Shown here in pieces: positions 31,039-38,463 of a stretch of DNA of 64,000 bases. The notes under the pieces are model-generated. The model saw nothing but the letters and a program-made list of their open reading frames with translations, was not told the DNA's origin and made no database searches. The position numbers were made by a program, and so were the translations under genes. This DNA comes from Nitrospira sp. (GTDB lineage: Bacteria > Nitrospirota > Nitrospiria > Nitrospirales > Nitrospiraceae), in the NCBI GenBank assembly GCA_037045225.1, contig JBAOHZ010000008.1:282-64281 (forward strand), in the 5' to 3' direction. Within the stretch, counting starts at the first letter, position 1, and each line of letters begins with the position of its first letter.

Positions 31039-31563
31039 TTGCTTGGGAAAAAGAGGGATACCCCCTACCGCGTTGAGGCGCTCGGCAAGCAGCATGACAA
31101 GGAAGGGTTTACCTGCGGCAGCGGGCCGCTGGATCACTACCTTGAGGTACAGGCGGGGCAGGACACGCGAAAGCGCGTGGCCGCGACTTTTGTACTGTGC
31201 GAGGGGGAAAGTAACAGGGTGATTGGGTTCTACACCCTTTCGGCTATCAGCGTGGACATTGGCGCGTGGCCGGAGAGTGTGGCGAAGAAACTCCCTCGGT
31301 ATCCGGTCATCCCGGCCACACTCCTCGGGCGCTTGGCCATCGACAAGCAGCGTCAGGGGCGAGGGGCCGGAGAACATCTTCTCATGGACGCCCTGCATCG
31401 CAGCTGGCGCACTGCACGGGAGGTCGCGTCGGTGGCAGTGGTAGTCGATGCGAAAGACCGTCGGGCCGCTGAGTTTTACACACAGTATGATTTCACGCCG
31501 CTGGTAGACCCGCCGATCAGGCTCTTTTTGCCCATGAGCGTGATCGAAAAATTGTTTTCTTGA
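31039..31563 (+). CDS. GNAT-family acetyltransferase toxin (TacT-like)
   Basis: ...FTCGSGPLDHYL......RVAATFVL......VIGFYTLSA...LGRLAIDKQRQGRGAGEHLL..., directly downstream of the DUF1778 gene. Confidence 0.8.
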   Translation: MLGKKRDTPYRVEALGKQHDKEGFTCGSGPLDHYLEVQAGQDTRKRVAATFVLCEGESNRVIGFYTLSAISVDIGAWPESVAKKLPRYPVIPATLLGRLAIDKQRQGRGAGEHLLMDALHRSWRTAREVASVAVVVDAKDRRAAEFYTQYDFTPLVDPPIRLFLPMSVIEKLFS

Positions 31564-31705
31564 AGAAGGCGAACGCGTAAACCAGCCGTTACTTGTTGTA
31601 TGTAGTGCCTGTTCAAACCTCCGCTAGGGGTGTAGGGGATGTCGCACACACAACCAGTCGAGGACAGCGTGAACGCGCGCCGATGAGAAGGGGAGGAAAG
31701 ACAGC

Positions 31706-32128
31706 TCAGGTGAGCCGCTCCCGAATAACGGTATCGCTGAGGAATCCCTGATCCTTGAGATTTTTAAACCATGTCCGGGCGAAGGATTTCAGATCCTGTT
31801 TCAAGCGCGCATTAACGTGGGTTTTCTTGCCTGAATCGTCATAGCGGTAAACCTCCTGCATCGTTCCCATGTAATCGTTCCGGAAGGAAAGAGGCTCTGC
31901 GGCAAGAGCATCCGGCCATTGGCGCAATTCAAAGACCATATCCGGGTCGCGCATGAGGTCGCCGTTCTGCGCACCATAGTGGCAGATAGAAACGAGGCGA
32001 TGGCCGTCTGTGGATTTGCCGATATCCTCAACGGACAAGGGCATGTAGCCGTTCACGGTAAGACGGATAGCGGTATCGTTGCCGAGCAACTGCGTGAGGA
32101 CTGTTGCGAAGTGTTGATATGTTTTCAT
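31706..32128 (-). CDS. DUF6908-like conjugative-element protein, copy B (intact)
   Basis: 140 aa: MKTYQHFATVLTQLLG...STDGHRLVSICHYGAQNGDLMRDPDMVFEL...FRNDYMGTMQEVYRYDDSGKKTHVNARLKQDL. The family name is from memory and should be verified. Confidence 0.6.
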   Translation of the reverse strand: MKTYQHFATVLTQLLGNDTAIRLTVNGYMPLSVEDIGKSTDGHRLVSICHYGAQNGDLMRDPDMVFELRQWPDALAAEPLSFRNDYMGTMQEVYRYDDSGKKTHVNARLKQDLKSFARTWFKNLKDQGFLSDTVIRERLT

Positions 32129-32138
32129 GATGTTCTCC

Positions 32139-32375
32139 TTATTTGTTTTTCATGATGAAAAGCCTGGCTTGAAAAGCGACATCAGCCAAAGCCTCAAGGT
32201 CGCCGGCATGGAAAGACGTGGTGTGTCTCCAGCTGTCCTCAACGCCTTTGTACGAGCGTGAGAATGTGACGCTGTAAAACATTGCCTCCCGGCTGGCGTT
32301 CTCCCAGACGGCGGCCTGAATGGTTCCCTTGCGGAAAGTCTGAGCGGGTTTCTTGGTGTCTGTTTCTGTAGCCAT
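32139..32375 (-). CDS. small conserved protein, copy B (78 aa)
   Basis: MATETDTKKPAQTFRKGTIQAAVWENASREAMFYSVTFSRSYKGVEDSWRHTTSFHAGDLEAL..., with a GGAGG RBS. Confidence 0.6.
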   Translation of the reverse strand: MATETDTKKPAQTFRKGTIQAAVWENASREAMFYSVTFSRSYKGVEDSWRHTTSFHAGDLEALADVAFQARLFIMKNK

Positions 32376-32682
32376 GTGGTTCCTCCGTTGAAAAAATGTG
32401 ATTGGCTCTCTCGCAAAGCGCCGGAGAGCCAAGGCAACATTTTTAAGGAGGAATAGCCCGGAGCCGGAGGGCGTACCCGAAGCGCGGGAGCGGCGAACAT
32501 GACAGCATTCTTAGGCTGGCGTGGGCGGTGCAGCGCGTAGGGAGAAAAGCCCACAGGCCGGAGGGCGGCGGTGGCTATAGAAAGCGGGGAAGCGGAAATC
32601 TGGCTCGCATGTCAGGGGGGACACGGGGCAGGGATGCCTGACGGCGTTTTCCTTAACGGGAAAGAGGCGGCCGCATGGAATC
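32376..32682 (-). promoter_or_regulatory. structured non-coding leader, copy B
   Basis: Hairpin TTGGCTCTC-12nt-GGAGAGCCAA at 32402-32432, 26 nt from the ATG, with the same conserved blocks as copy A. Confidence 0.5.
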
Positions 32683-32718
32683 AGTTGATGAGTGACGCGC
32701 TACACGCTACAGTGGAAG

Positions 32719-32996
32719 ATGATAGTGAGTTTCAGGCACCGGGGGCTTAAAAGGTTTTTCGAGGAGGAAGATGCCCGGAAGCTGGCACCGGATATGGTGA
32801 TCGGATTAAGGCAATTCTGGCGCGGTTGTACCAAGCGGAAGTGATTAAGGATATGAACATCCATTCCTACAGGCGTCATCCTTTGAAAGGAAGCCGGAAA
32901 GGGGAATGGGGCGTAACGGTGAGGGCGAACTAGCGCATTACCTTCCGGTTCGAGGATGGGTATGCGTTAGATGTGAATTTAGAGGATTACCATTGA
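32719..32996 (+). pseudogene. higB: higB (RelE-fold killer toxin) with a frameshift and an in-frame TAG
   Basis: MIVSFRHRGLKRFFEEEDARKLAPDMV, then a frame change, then RIKAILARLYQAEVIKDMNIHSYRRHPLKGSRKGEWGVTVRAN*RITFRFEDGYALDVNLEDYH. The TAG sits where HigB proteins have the W of NWRI. Confidence 0.7.
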
Positions 32997-33010
32997 AGAA
33001 GGAGAGTGCT

Positions 33011-33319
33011 ATGAAGGCTTTGAAAATGAAAAATCCGCCGCATCCGGGATTTTCGGTGCGCGTGGACTGTCTGGAGCCGCATGGGTTGAGCGTGACCGAA
33101 GGGGCGAAGGTTTTTGGTGTGTCGCGGTCGGCATTGAGCCATCTGGTGAACGAGGGTGCAGACCTGTCCTGGGATATGGCTATTCGTTTGTCGAAAGCGT
33201 TTGGCAGCACGCCGGAGGGATGGATGCGGCTGCAGTTTCAGTTTGATGCGGCGCAGGTGGGAGAACGGGCGAAGAAAATAAAAGTGGAGACTTTTGCTGC
33301 GGATGCGGCTTGTGTTTGA
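33011..33319 (+). CDS. higA: HigA-type XRE-family antitoxin (intact)
   Basis: NPPHPGFSVRVDCLEPHGLSVTEGAKVFGVSRSALSHLVNEGADLSWDMAIRLSKAFGSTPEGWMRLQ. Confidence 0.8.
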   Translation: MKALKMKNPPHPGFSVRVDCLEPHGLSVTEGAKVFGVSRSALSHLVNEGADLSWDMAIRLSKAFGSTPEGWMRLQFQFDAAQVGERAKKIKVETFAADAACV

Positions 33320-33357
33320 GGAGCGGTCATCAATAGCGCCATGTCGCTCCTTGATAA

Positions 33358-33670
33358 ATGTACCGGCCTGGCCTAGCATTTCAAAAATGCGGCGTCATGC
33401 TGCTGGATCTTATACCCGCCACTATGGAGCGGCATGATCTCTTCGATAATCGGGACCAACATCGCCAGACTGATGAAAGCTGTCGATCTCATCAATGCCG
33501 GGCATGGGGCACGGACGGTTCATTTCGGAGACATCGGAGGGGCAGGCCGGAATGGTCAATGCACCTGGCCTTCCGTAGCCCCCCGCTATACGACATGGTG
33601 GGAAGAATTGCCGGTTGTGAAGCTTTTCAAGAAAAAAATGAAGCGGTATCGATTAGCATCCAATTGCTAG
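33358..33670 (+). pseudogene. umuC: umuC (Y-family polymerase) 3'-end remnant, frameshifted
   Basis: FQKCGVMLLDLIPATMERHDLFDNRD in one frame and ARLMKAVDLINAGHGARTVHFG...APRYTTWWEELPVVK in another. Only the C-terminal tail of the protein is present. Confidence 0.5.
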
Positions 33671-33857
33671 GGGTCAAAGTAAGATGATGCTCTATGAGGT
33701 AGTCATTACAGCCTGTGAATTCGCAGTGTCCGTCGGCAACAACAAAAAGGTGAAGACGAATTTTGGGGTCGATCGCTCTCGACGTGACATCATCCACTGG
33801 GGAAGCCGATTTCGAAGAGGTGTTAGCGGTGGTAGCTCCCAAATCGTCCTCCGATTC

Positions 33858-34427
33858 CTAAAGAAGGTTCGCAAAAGCGCGTAGCTTCGCGACAAATTCG
33901 TTTAGTTGCTGTTTTTCCAAACATTCAAGATATTCCTCGACTGACTTGGCAGGATTTTTAAGCCTGTTGCGATGTGTTCGGCAGGCCGCAGAGACAATCC
34001 CCGGGGCAAGATCCACGACGTGCGTCAGGAATTCGTCGGGATGTTGAGCCGCGATGTCGTATTTGCCAAGTTCCTTGGCGGGAAAATCTTTTAAGTTATA
34101 GGTAACGATTACATCCCCTCTTCCTTTGATGGCAGCGGCAAGAACATGATTATCTTTAGAATCGGGAAGATGAAGTGATGGTATCAATTCTTCAAAATTT
34201 TCAACCACGCAATCCCTTACGCTCATGTCCATAAACTCACGGGTTCTTTTAAGGTCTGCGGCCGTCAGGTCGGGCCGATTTTTTAGCAGAGAAGCTGTCC
34301 ATTCATCGTGGATGCGCTGAGACCACTTCGCGCGGAAAAGATCCGTCACCGCAAGCTCCATGAGGAGATCGCGGAGCGGCGCCGGATAGAGAACGCAGGC
34401 ATCGTACAGTGCGGTGAACGTTGCCAA
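33858..34427 (-). CDS. PIN-domain toxin
   Basis: LYDACVLYPAPLRDLLMELA...DSKDNHVLAAAIKGRGDVIVTYNLKDF. It is translationally adjacent to the HTH antitoxin gene. Confidence 0.8.
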   Translation of the reverse strand: MATFTALYDACVLYPAPLRDLLMELAVTDLFRAKWSQRIHDEWTASLLKNRPDLTAADLKRTREFMDMSVRDCVVENFEELIPSLHLPDSKDNHVLAAAIKGRGDVIVTYNLKDFPAKELGKYDIAAQHPDEFLTHVVDLAPGIVSAACRTHRNRLKNPAKSVEEYLECLEKQQLNEFVAKLRAFANLL

Positions 34428-34429
34428 AA

Positions 34430-34897
34430 TTAATAGCCCATATCGAGGTGCTGTGCCTGTTTAACCAGTTCATCGAGAGCTTTTTGCCGGTCTTTGTCGA
34501 TATCCTTCTTGTAGCGCATTAGATCTTCAAACATGACACGGCGATGCGTACCGACTTTCTGATGGGGTATTTTCCCCTCTTCCAGAAGGCGGACCAGAAA
34601 GGGGCGGGAAACATTGAGGACATCTGCTGCCTGCTGTGTCGTCAGCTGGGCATGGACGGGGATTAATGTGACCGCGTTCCCGGCTGCCATCTCGGTAAGC
34701 AGATCCAGCAACAACCGAACGGCATAGGGCGGGAGGGCAAGCTTGTGGGTGGCTTTCCTCTCCTCCCCTATTTGAAAGTTTAGATTTTCAAGATGATCCA
34801 GATAGGGCGCGAGGGTACGGCTGGCTTCGCGCGCGATCGCGGCCTCCTGCGCGGTCGGTACAATTGGATCTCTTGTTCTACTGGTCATGGTGGCCAT
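34430..34897 (-). CDS. excisionase-family HTH antitoxin partner of the PIN toxin
   Basis: LTTQQAADVLNVSRPFLVRLLEEGKIPHQKVGTHRRVMFEDL. Start set at MATMTSRT. Confidence 0.75.
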   Translation of the reverse strand: MATMTSRTRDPIVPTAQEAAIAREASRTLAPYLDHLENLNFQIGEERKATHKLALPPYAVRLLLDLLTEMAAGNAVTLIPVHAQLTTQQAADVLNVSRPFLVRLLEEGKIPHQKVGTHRRVMFEDLMRYKKDIDKDRQKALDELVKQAQHLDMGY

Positions 34898-35373
34898 GGT
34901 GGTTCTCCTGTGTTCTAAGACCAGTCTAGCCCATAAACGAAATAAACGCAACAAACGAAATATTCAAAATATCCTATTTTTGCTTTTGATAAAAGCCAAA
35001 ATAGAGACCATTATAAAACAATGCTTTACATCGTTATTGGCCAAGGCGATGCTCGGTGCGGTCCGGGTAGATTTCTCTGTTCCTGCTTTCAGGATTTACG
35101 CTTGCCTGTGTTCGGGTCTTTTGCTCATTGGATTTTCACCTTCCCGTTGAGCCGGTTGGCTCACCTCCTTCTATTCTCCATCGTTAGCACCGGCGGGCCA
35201 CGTGTCGCCGTGAGTTGATCAGGCCGGGCTGCAAAGGAAGACGGTCGTTATGCTTGGGCAGCGTTGTCCCGCGTGCGCTTGTGGCGGCGCTGGCATGACG
35301 GGGGAGCGGGTTCCATGTTGGACAGTTCTGGTGGCGTAACGGGTTTCCGGGCCCTGTCTTTTAAAAAGCGATC

Positions 35374-36528
35374 TTAAAGGTTGATCTGATAGTTTCTACC
35401 TCGCCCAGCTCCCAAAGAAATTAAAGCCCCTATCTCGACCAACTCCTGCAAATCCCTGGTCGCTGTTGGTTTCGAGGTGCCTGTGATGACGATATATTTT
35501 TTGGGGCTCATCCCACCCTCAAAACCTTTGAGACCTTTCTCCAGCATCCGGCTGATGACGCGGCGCTGTCGATCATTGAGCTGATTCTGAAATCGGGCAA
35601 AAAACTTTGTTTTCTTCAGAGTGAAATCGATCTGCTGCGCGGCTTCCGTCTGTGCATCCAGAATCATCGAGACGAAGTAGTGAATCCATAGGGTAATGTC
35701 GAGTGATGTCTGTGCTGCTTTCAACGCGTCATAGTAAGCATTTTTACCGGTCTCAATAGTCTTTGACAAACTGAGAAGAATGGGGCGTCCCACGCCCTGG
35801 GATAAAGCCTTTTCGGAAAGGGCCCGTCCGATTCTTCCATTTCCGTCCTCAAAGGGGTGAATGGTTTCAAAATATAGATGGGCGATAGCAGACCGCACCG
35901 GAGACTTTCTGATTTCCATGGGGCCCCCCGGCCCAGTGTCATTGAACCACTCGATAAACTGCGTCATGTTCTGAGGCACTCGCGCGGAAGGAGGCGCTTC
36001 AAAATGCACCTTCCAGTTTCCGATCGCTCCCGACACGACTTGCATGGGTTCCTCATGGGTACGCCAGGCGCCGATCTTGTGCTTCGTATTTCCTTTCATG
36101 ATCATGGTGTGCCATGCAAACAGCTTTTCTTCCGTCAGCGTTTCTGAAACACTCTTCCGTACATCGATCATCAGCTCCGCCGCACCCTGCGCTTTTGTGT
36201 CCGTAATGCGTTCCGGGTGTTGATTCAGCCCCAAATTATTCTTAATAGACGACATCACATCACTGCGGCTGAGATATTCACCTTCGATTTCTGAGGTCTT
36301 GACGGCTTCGGCCACCATCATGTCGATAATGGTTTCTGTCTGAGTGTCTTCGGGCAAGGCCTTGAGAATGCCGCTGACATGGCCTTCCTTTTCCGCGAAG
36401 GCAAGCAGTAGATCCTCAATGTTCGTGAGGTGGTATTTAAATCGGGGCCAATTGGGGTGTTGCCAGCTGTAACGCATGAGCCGATTATACCATTTAATCG
36501 GCTCATTTTTGACTATTATTTGAGCCAT
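35374..36528 (-). CDS. fic: Fic-family protein (AMPylase-type)
   Basis: Canonical HPFEDGNGRIGR motif, a Fic_N-like N-terminus and a C-terminal wHTH. Confidence 0.9.
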   Translation of the reverse strand: MAQIIVKNEPIKWYNRLMRYSWQHPNWPRFKYHLTNIEDLLLAFAEKEGHVSGILKALPEDTQTETIIDMMVAEAVKTSEIEGEYLSRSDVMSSIKNNLGLNQHPERITDTKAQGAAELMIDVRKSVSETLTEEKLFAWHTMIMKGNTKHKIGAWRTHEEPMQVVSGAIGNWKVHFEAPPSARVPQNMTQFIEWFNDTGPGGPMEIRKSPVRSAIAHLYFETIHPFEDGNGRIGRALSEKALSQGVGRPILLSLSKTIETGKNAYYDALKAAQTSLDITLWIHYFVSMILDAQTEAAQQIDFTLKKTKFFARFQNQLNDRQRRVISRMLEKGLKGFEGGMSPKKYIVITGTSKPTATRDLQELVEIGALISLGAGRGRNYQINL

Positions 36529-36724
36529 TTATAGAATGTAATAGCCTCTCCAGATGTTAAACCGTTGAATTGTGATCGGGTTGTCGTGGCGGTCATCGGT
36601 GATGTAACCATCCGGCGCTGGTTCATCGTGCGGCCCGCAGAACATGAAACGGCGCAACACCGAACACAATAAATAACAACAGGCCTCTGGCAGCGGAATG
36701 ATAAAGAGGGATGAGTGCGGCGTG

Positions 36725-37231
36725 TTAGGCCGGCCACCCCTGATCCGCAAAACTGAAGGTGCGATCGTCGCCTAGAATAATGTGGTCAAGAATGGTGATG
36801 CCGATGAGATCGCCGGCCTGACGGAGCCGGGCAGTGAGCACACGATCTTCTGAACTGGGTTGCGGATCGCCGGACGGATGATTGTGGGCGCAGATGATAG
36901 CGGCGCTATTGAGCAGGATCGCGGGTTTGAAGACTTCGCGCGGATGGACGATGCTGAGCGTGAGAGAACCAATGGACACGATGTTGACGCCGATGACTGC
37001 ATGTTTGGCGTCCAGACAGGCAACAAGGAACTGTTCACGATCGAGACCCTGATAGAGGGGCCGGAGTATGGTGGCCGCTCCCGCAGAATCGCGGATGACG
37101 ACAGGCGGATCGGGGCGGGCACTTCCCGGCACCAGCTGGAGAGTGTACCGCGGGATAAGCAGCGGGTTCGTCACGTCCGGGCGAGGGACGATCGAGAATG
37201 TGGGAGTCTTCGGAGTGTATCGCTTTGTCAT
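36725..37231 (-). CDS. radC: RadC-like JAB/MPN domain protein
   Basis: HNHPSGDPQPSSED metalloprotease motif, with IGITILDHII at the C-terminus. Confidence 0.9.
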   Translation of the reverse strand: MTKRYTPKTPTFSIVPRPDVTNPLLIPRYTLQLVPGSARPDPPVVIRDSAGAATILRPLYQGLDREQFLVACLDAKHAVIGVNIVSIGSLTLSIVHPREVFKPAILLNSAAIICAHNHPSGDPQPSSEDRVLTARLRQAGDLIGITILDHIILGDDRTFSFADQGWPA

Positions 37232-37480
37232 GCTGGGACCTCTCTTGTGTTGGACTCACTGGCTCTCTCGATGAAACCGGAGAGCCGGTGTAGGACAACG
37301 GGAGGTCGAGGGCCATGCAGGCCGATGAAGCTCAGAGTGGACGGGTCACGAGCAGCGGCAGTGACAGTTTTCTGGCATTGCCGGTGCGCACGGCAGCTGG
37401 AGCGCGGCCAGCCATTGGCCCGGCATGGCAGAGCGAATTTTTCGAGAAGCTCCACCTCTTGAGGTATAGCCAAGCTACCT
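37232..37480 (-). promoter_or_regulatory. structured non-coding leader, copy C (diverged)
   Basis: Hairpin GGCTCTCT-11nt-GGAGAGCC at 37259-37288, 27 nt from the radC ATG. On the minus strand the core GCACCGGCAATGCCAGAAAACTGTCACTGCCGCTGC resembles GCACCGCCCACGCCAGC...GCTGTC...GCTGC in copies A and B. Confidence 0.4.
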
Positions 37481-37648
37481 TGGCTCGCTCTACTATGCGC
37501 ACGCTTAGGATGACTCAGGAACAAGAAGAGACGTTGTGAAAGTCAACCGTGTACGATCGACGGACATGCGAATACTAGCGGAAAGTACACAGCGGAGGGG
37601 CGCGTCATCGAAGATTCAAAGCGAGTGTATATGAAAAAGCCATATGTG

Positions 37649-37669
37649 TATATTTGGCGTCCAAATATA
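37649..37669. promoter_or_regulatory. 21-bp palindrome in the radC / virB2 divergent region (candidate operator)
   Basis: TATATTTGG-CGT-CCAAATATA, with 9-nt perfect arms, lies in an AT-rich stretch 54 nt upstream of virB2. Confidence 0.4.
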
Positions 37670-37722
37670 GATATATGGAATCTCGTTTCGTTCTGTAACC
37701 TGTCACGATTTATGGAGGACAA

Positions 37723-38061
37723 GTGATGAGCACAAGCACGGCTGACGGTAGGGCACAGGACGGAAATCAGGCGCAGGGTGGCCGAGTAGTCATGGTACAG
37801 GCGGCATCGTTCCTATTGGGCCTGGCGGTGATATTGGAGGCCCATCCTGCATGGGCACAGATTACGAAGGTCAATTCGGTGATGACTAACGTGCAAACCG
37901 TACTCGTCAGTGTGGCTGTCACGCTGTTCACCGTGGCCATAATGTGGGCCGGGTTCAAAATGGCCTTTCAACAGGCGCAATGGTCCGAGATTAGCAACCT
38001 GGTGATTGGTGGAATCTTGGTCGGCGGGGCGGCCGGGATTGCGTCCTGGCTCCTCAACTAA
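37723..38061 (+). CDS. virB2: VirB2/TrbC-type pilin
   Basis: Long signal sequence, then two hydrophobic helices (VLVSVAVTLFTVAIMWAGFKM...VIGGILVGGAAGIASWLL). It is the first gene of the T4SS cluster. Confidence 0.8.
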   Translation: MMSTSTADGRAQDGNQAQGGRVVMVQAASFLLGLAVILEAHPAWAQITKVNSVMTNVQTVLVSVAVTLFTVAIMWAGFKMAFQQAQWSEISNLVIGGILVGGAAGIASWLLN

Positions 38062-38396
38062 TGATGAGCGACGGCTTTCGCGACCCCATTTTCAAAGGAT
38101 GTACCCGGCCCGCGATGTTGGGTGGTGTACCGACGCTTCCGCTGATTCTCACGGGCGGGGCTACCCTCCTTCTATCTGTGTGGTCGTTTTACCTCGTCAG
38201 CGGCTATGTGTCGTTGCTTCTGATACTCATGGCTATTGCGGCCATAGTGACGATGCGCGAGATAACGAAGCAAGATGATCAACGTCTGCGGCAGGTGATG
38301 ATGCGAGCGCGGATGCGGGTGCGTCACATGGCGAATCGCAGCACGTGGGGTGCGATTTCGTATGGGCCGCTAAGATTTAAAAGGCGGCGGGGCTAA
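38061..38396 (+). CDS. virB3: VirB3
   Basis: DPIFKGCTRPAMLGGVP followed by a TM hairpin. An ATGA overlap links it to virB2. Confidence 0.8.
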   Translation: MMSDGFRDPIFKGCTRPAMLGGVPTLPLILTGGATLLLSVWSFYLVSGYVSLLLILMAIAAIVTMREITKQDDQRLRQVMMRARMRVRHMANRSTWGAISYGPLRFKRRRG

Positions 38397-38463
38397 GGAG
38401 CATCACGGAATGGGCTGCTGTCTGTTCCAGGCAGAGTGAGCCCAATCCCGCAGGACACACACC

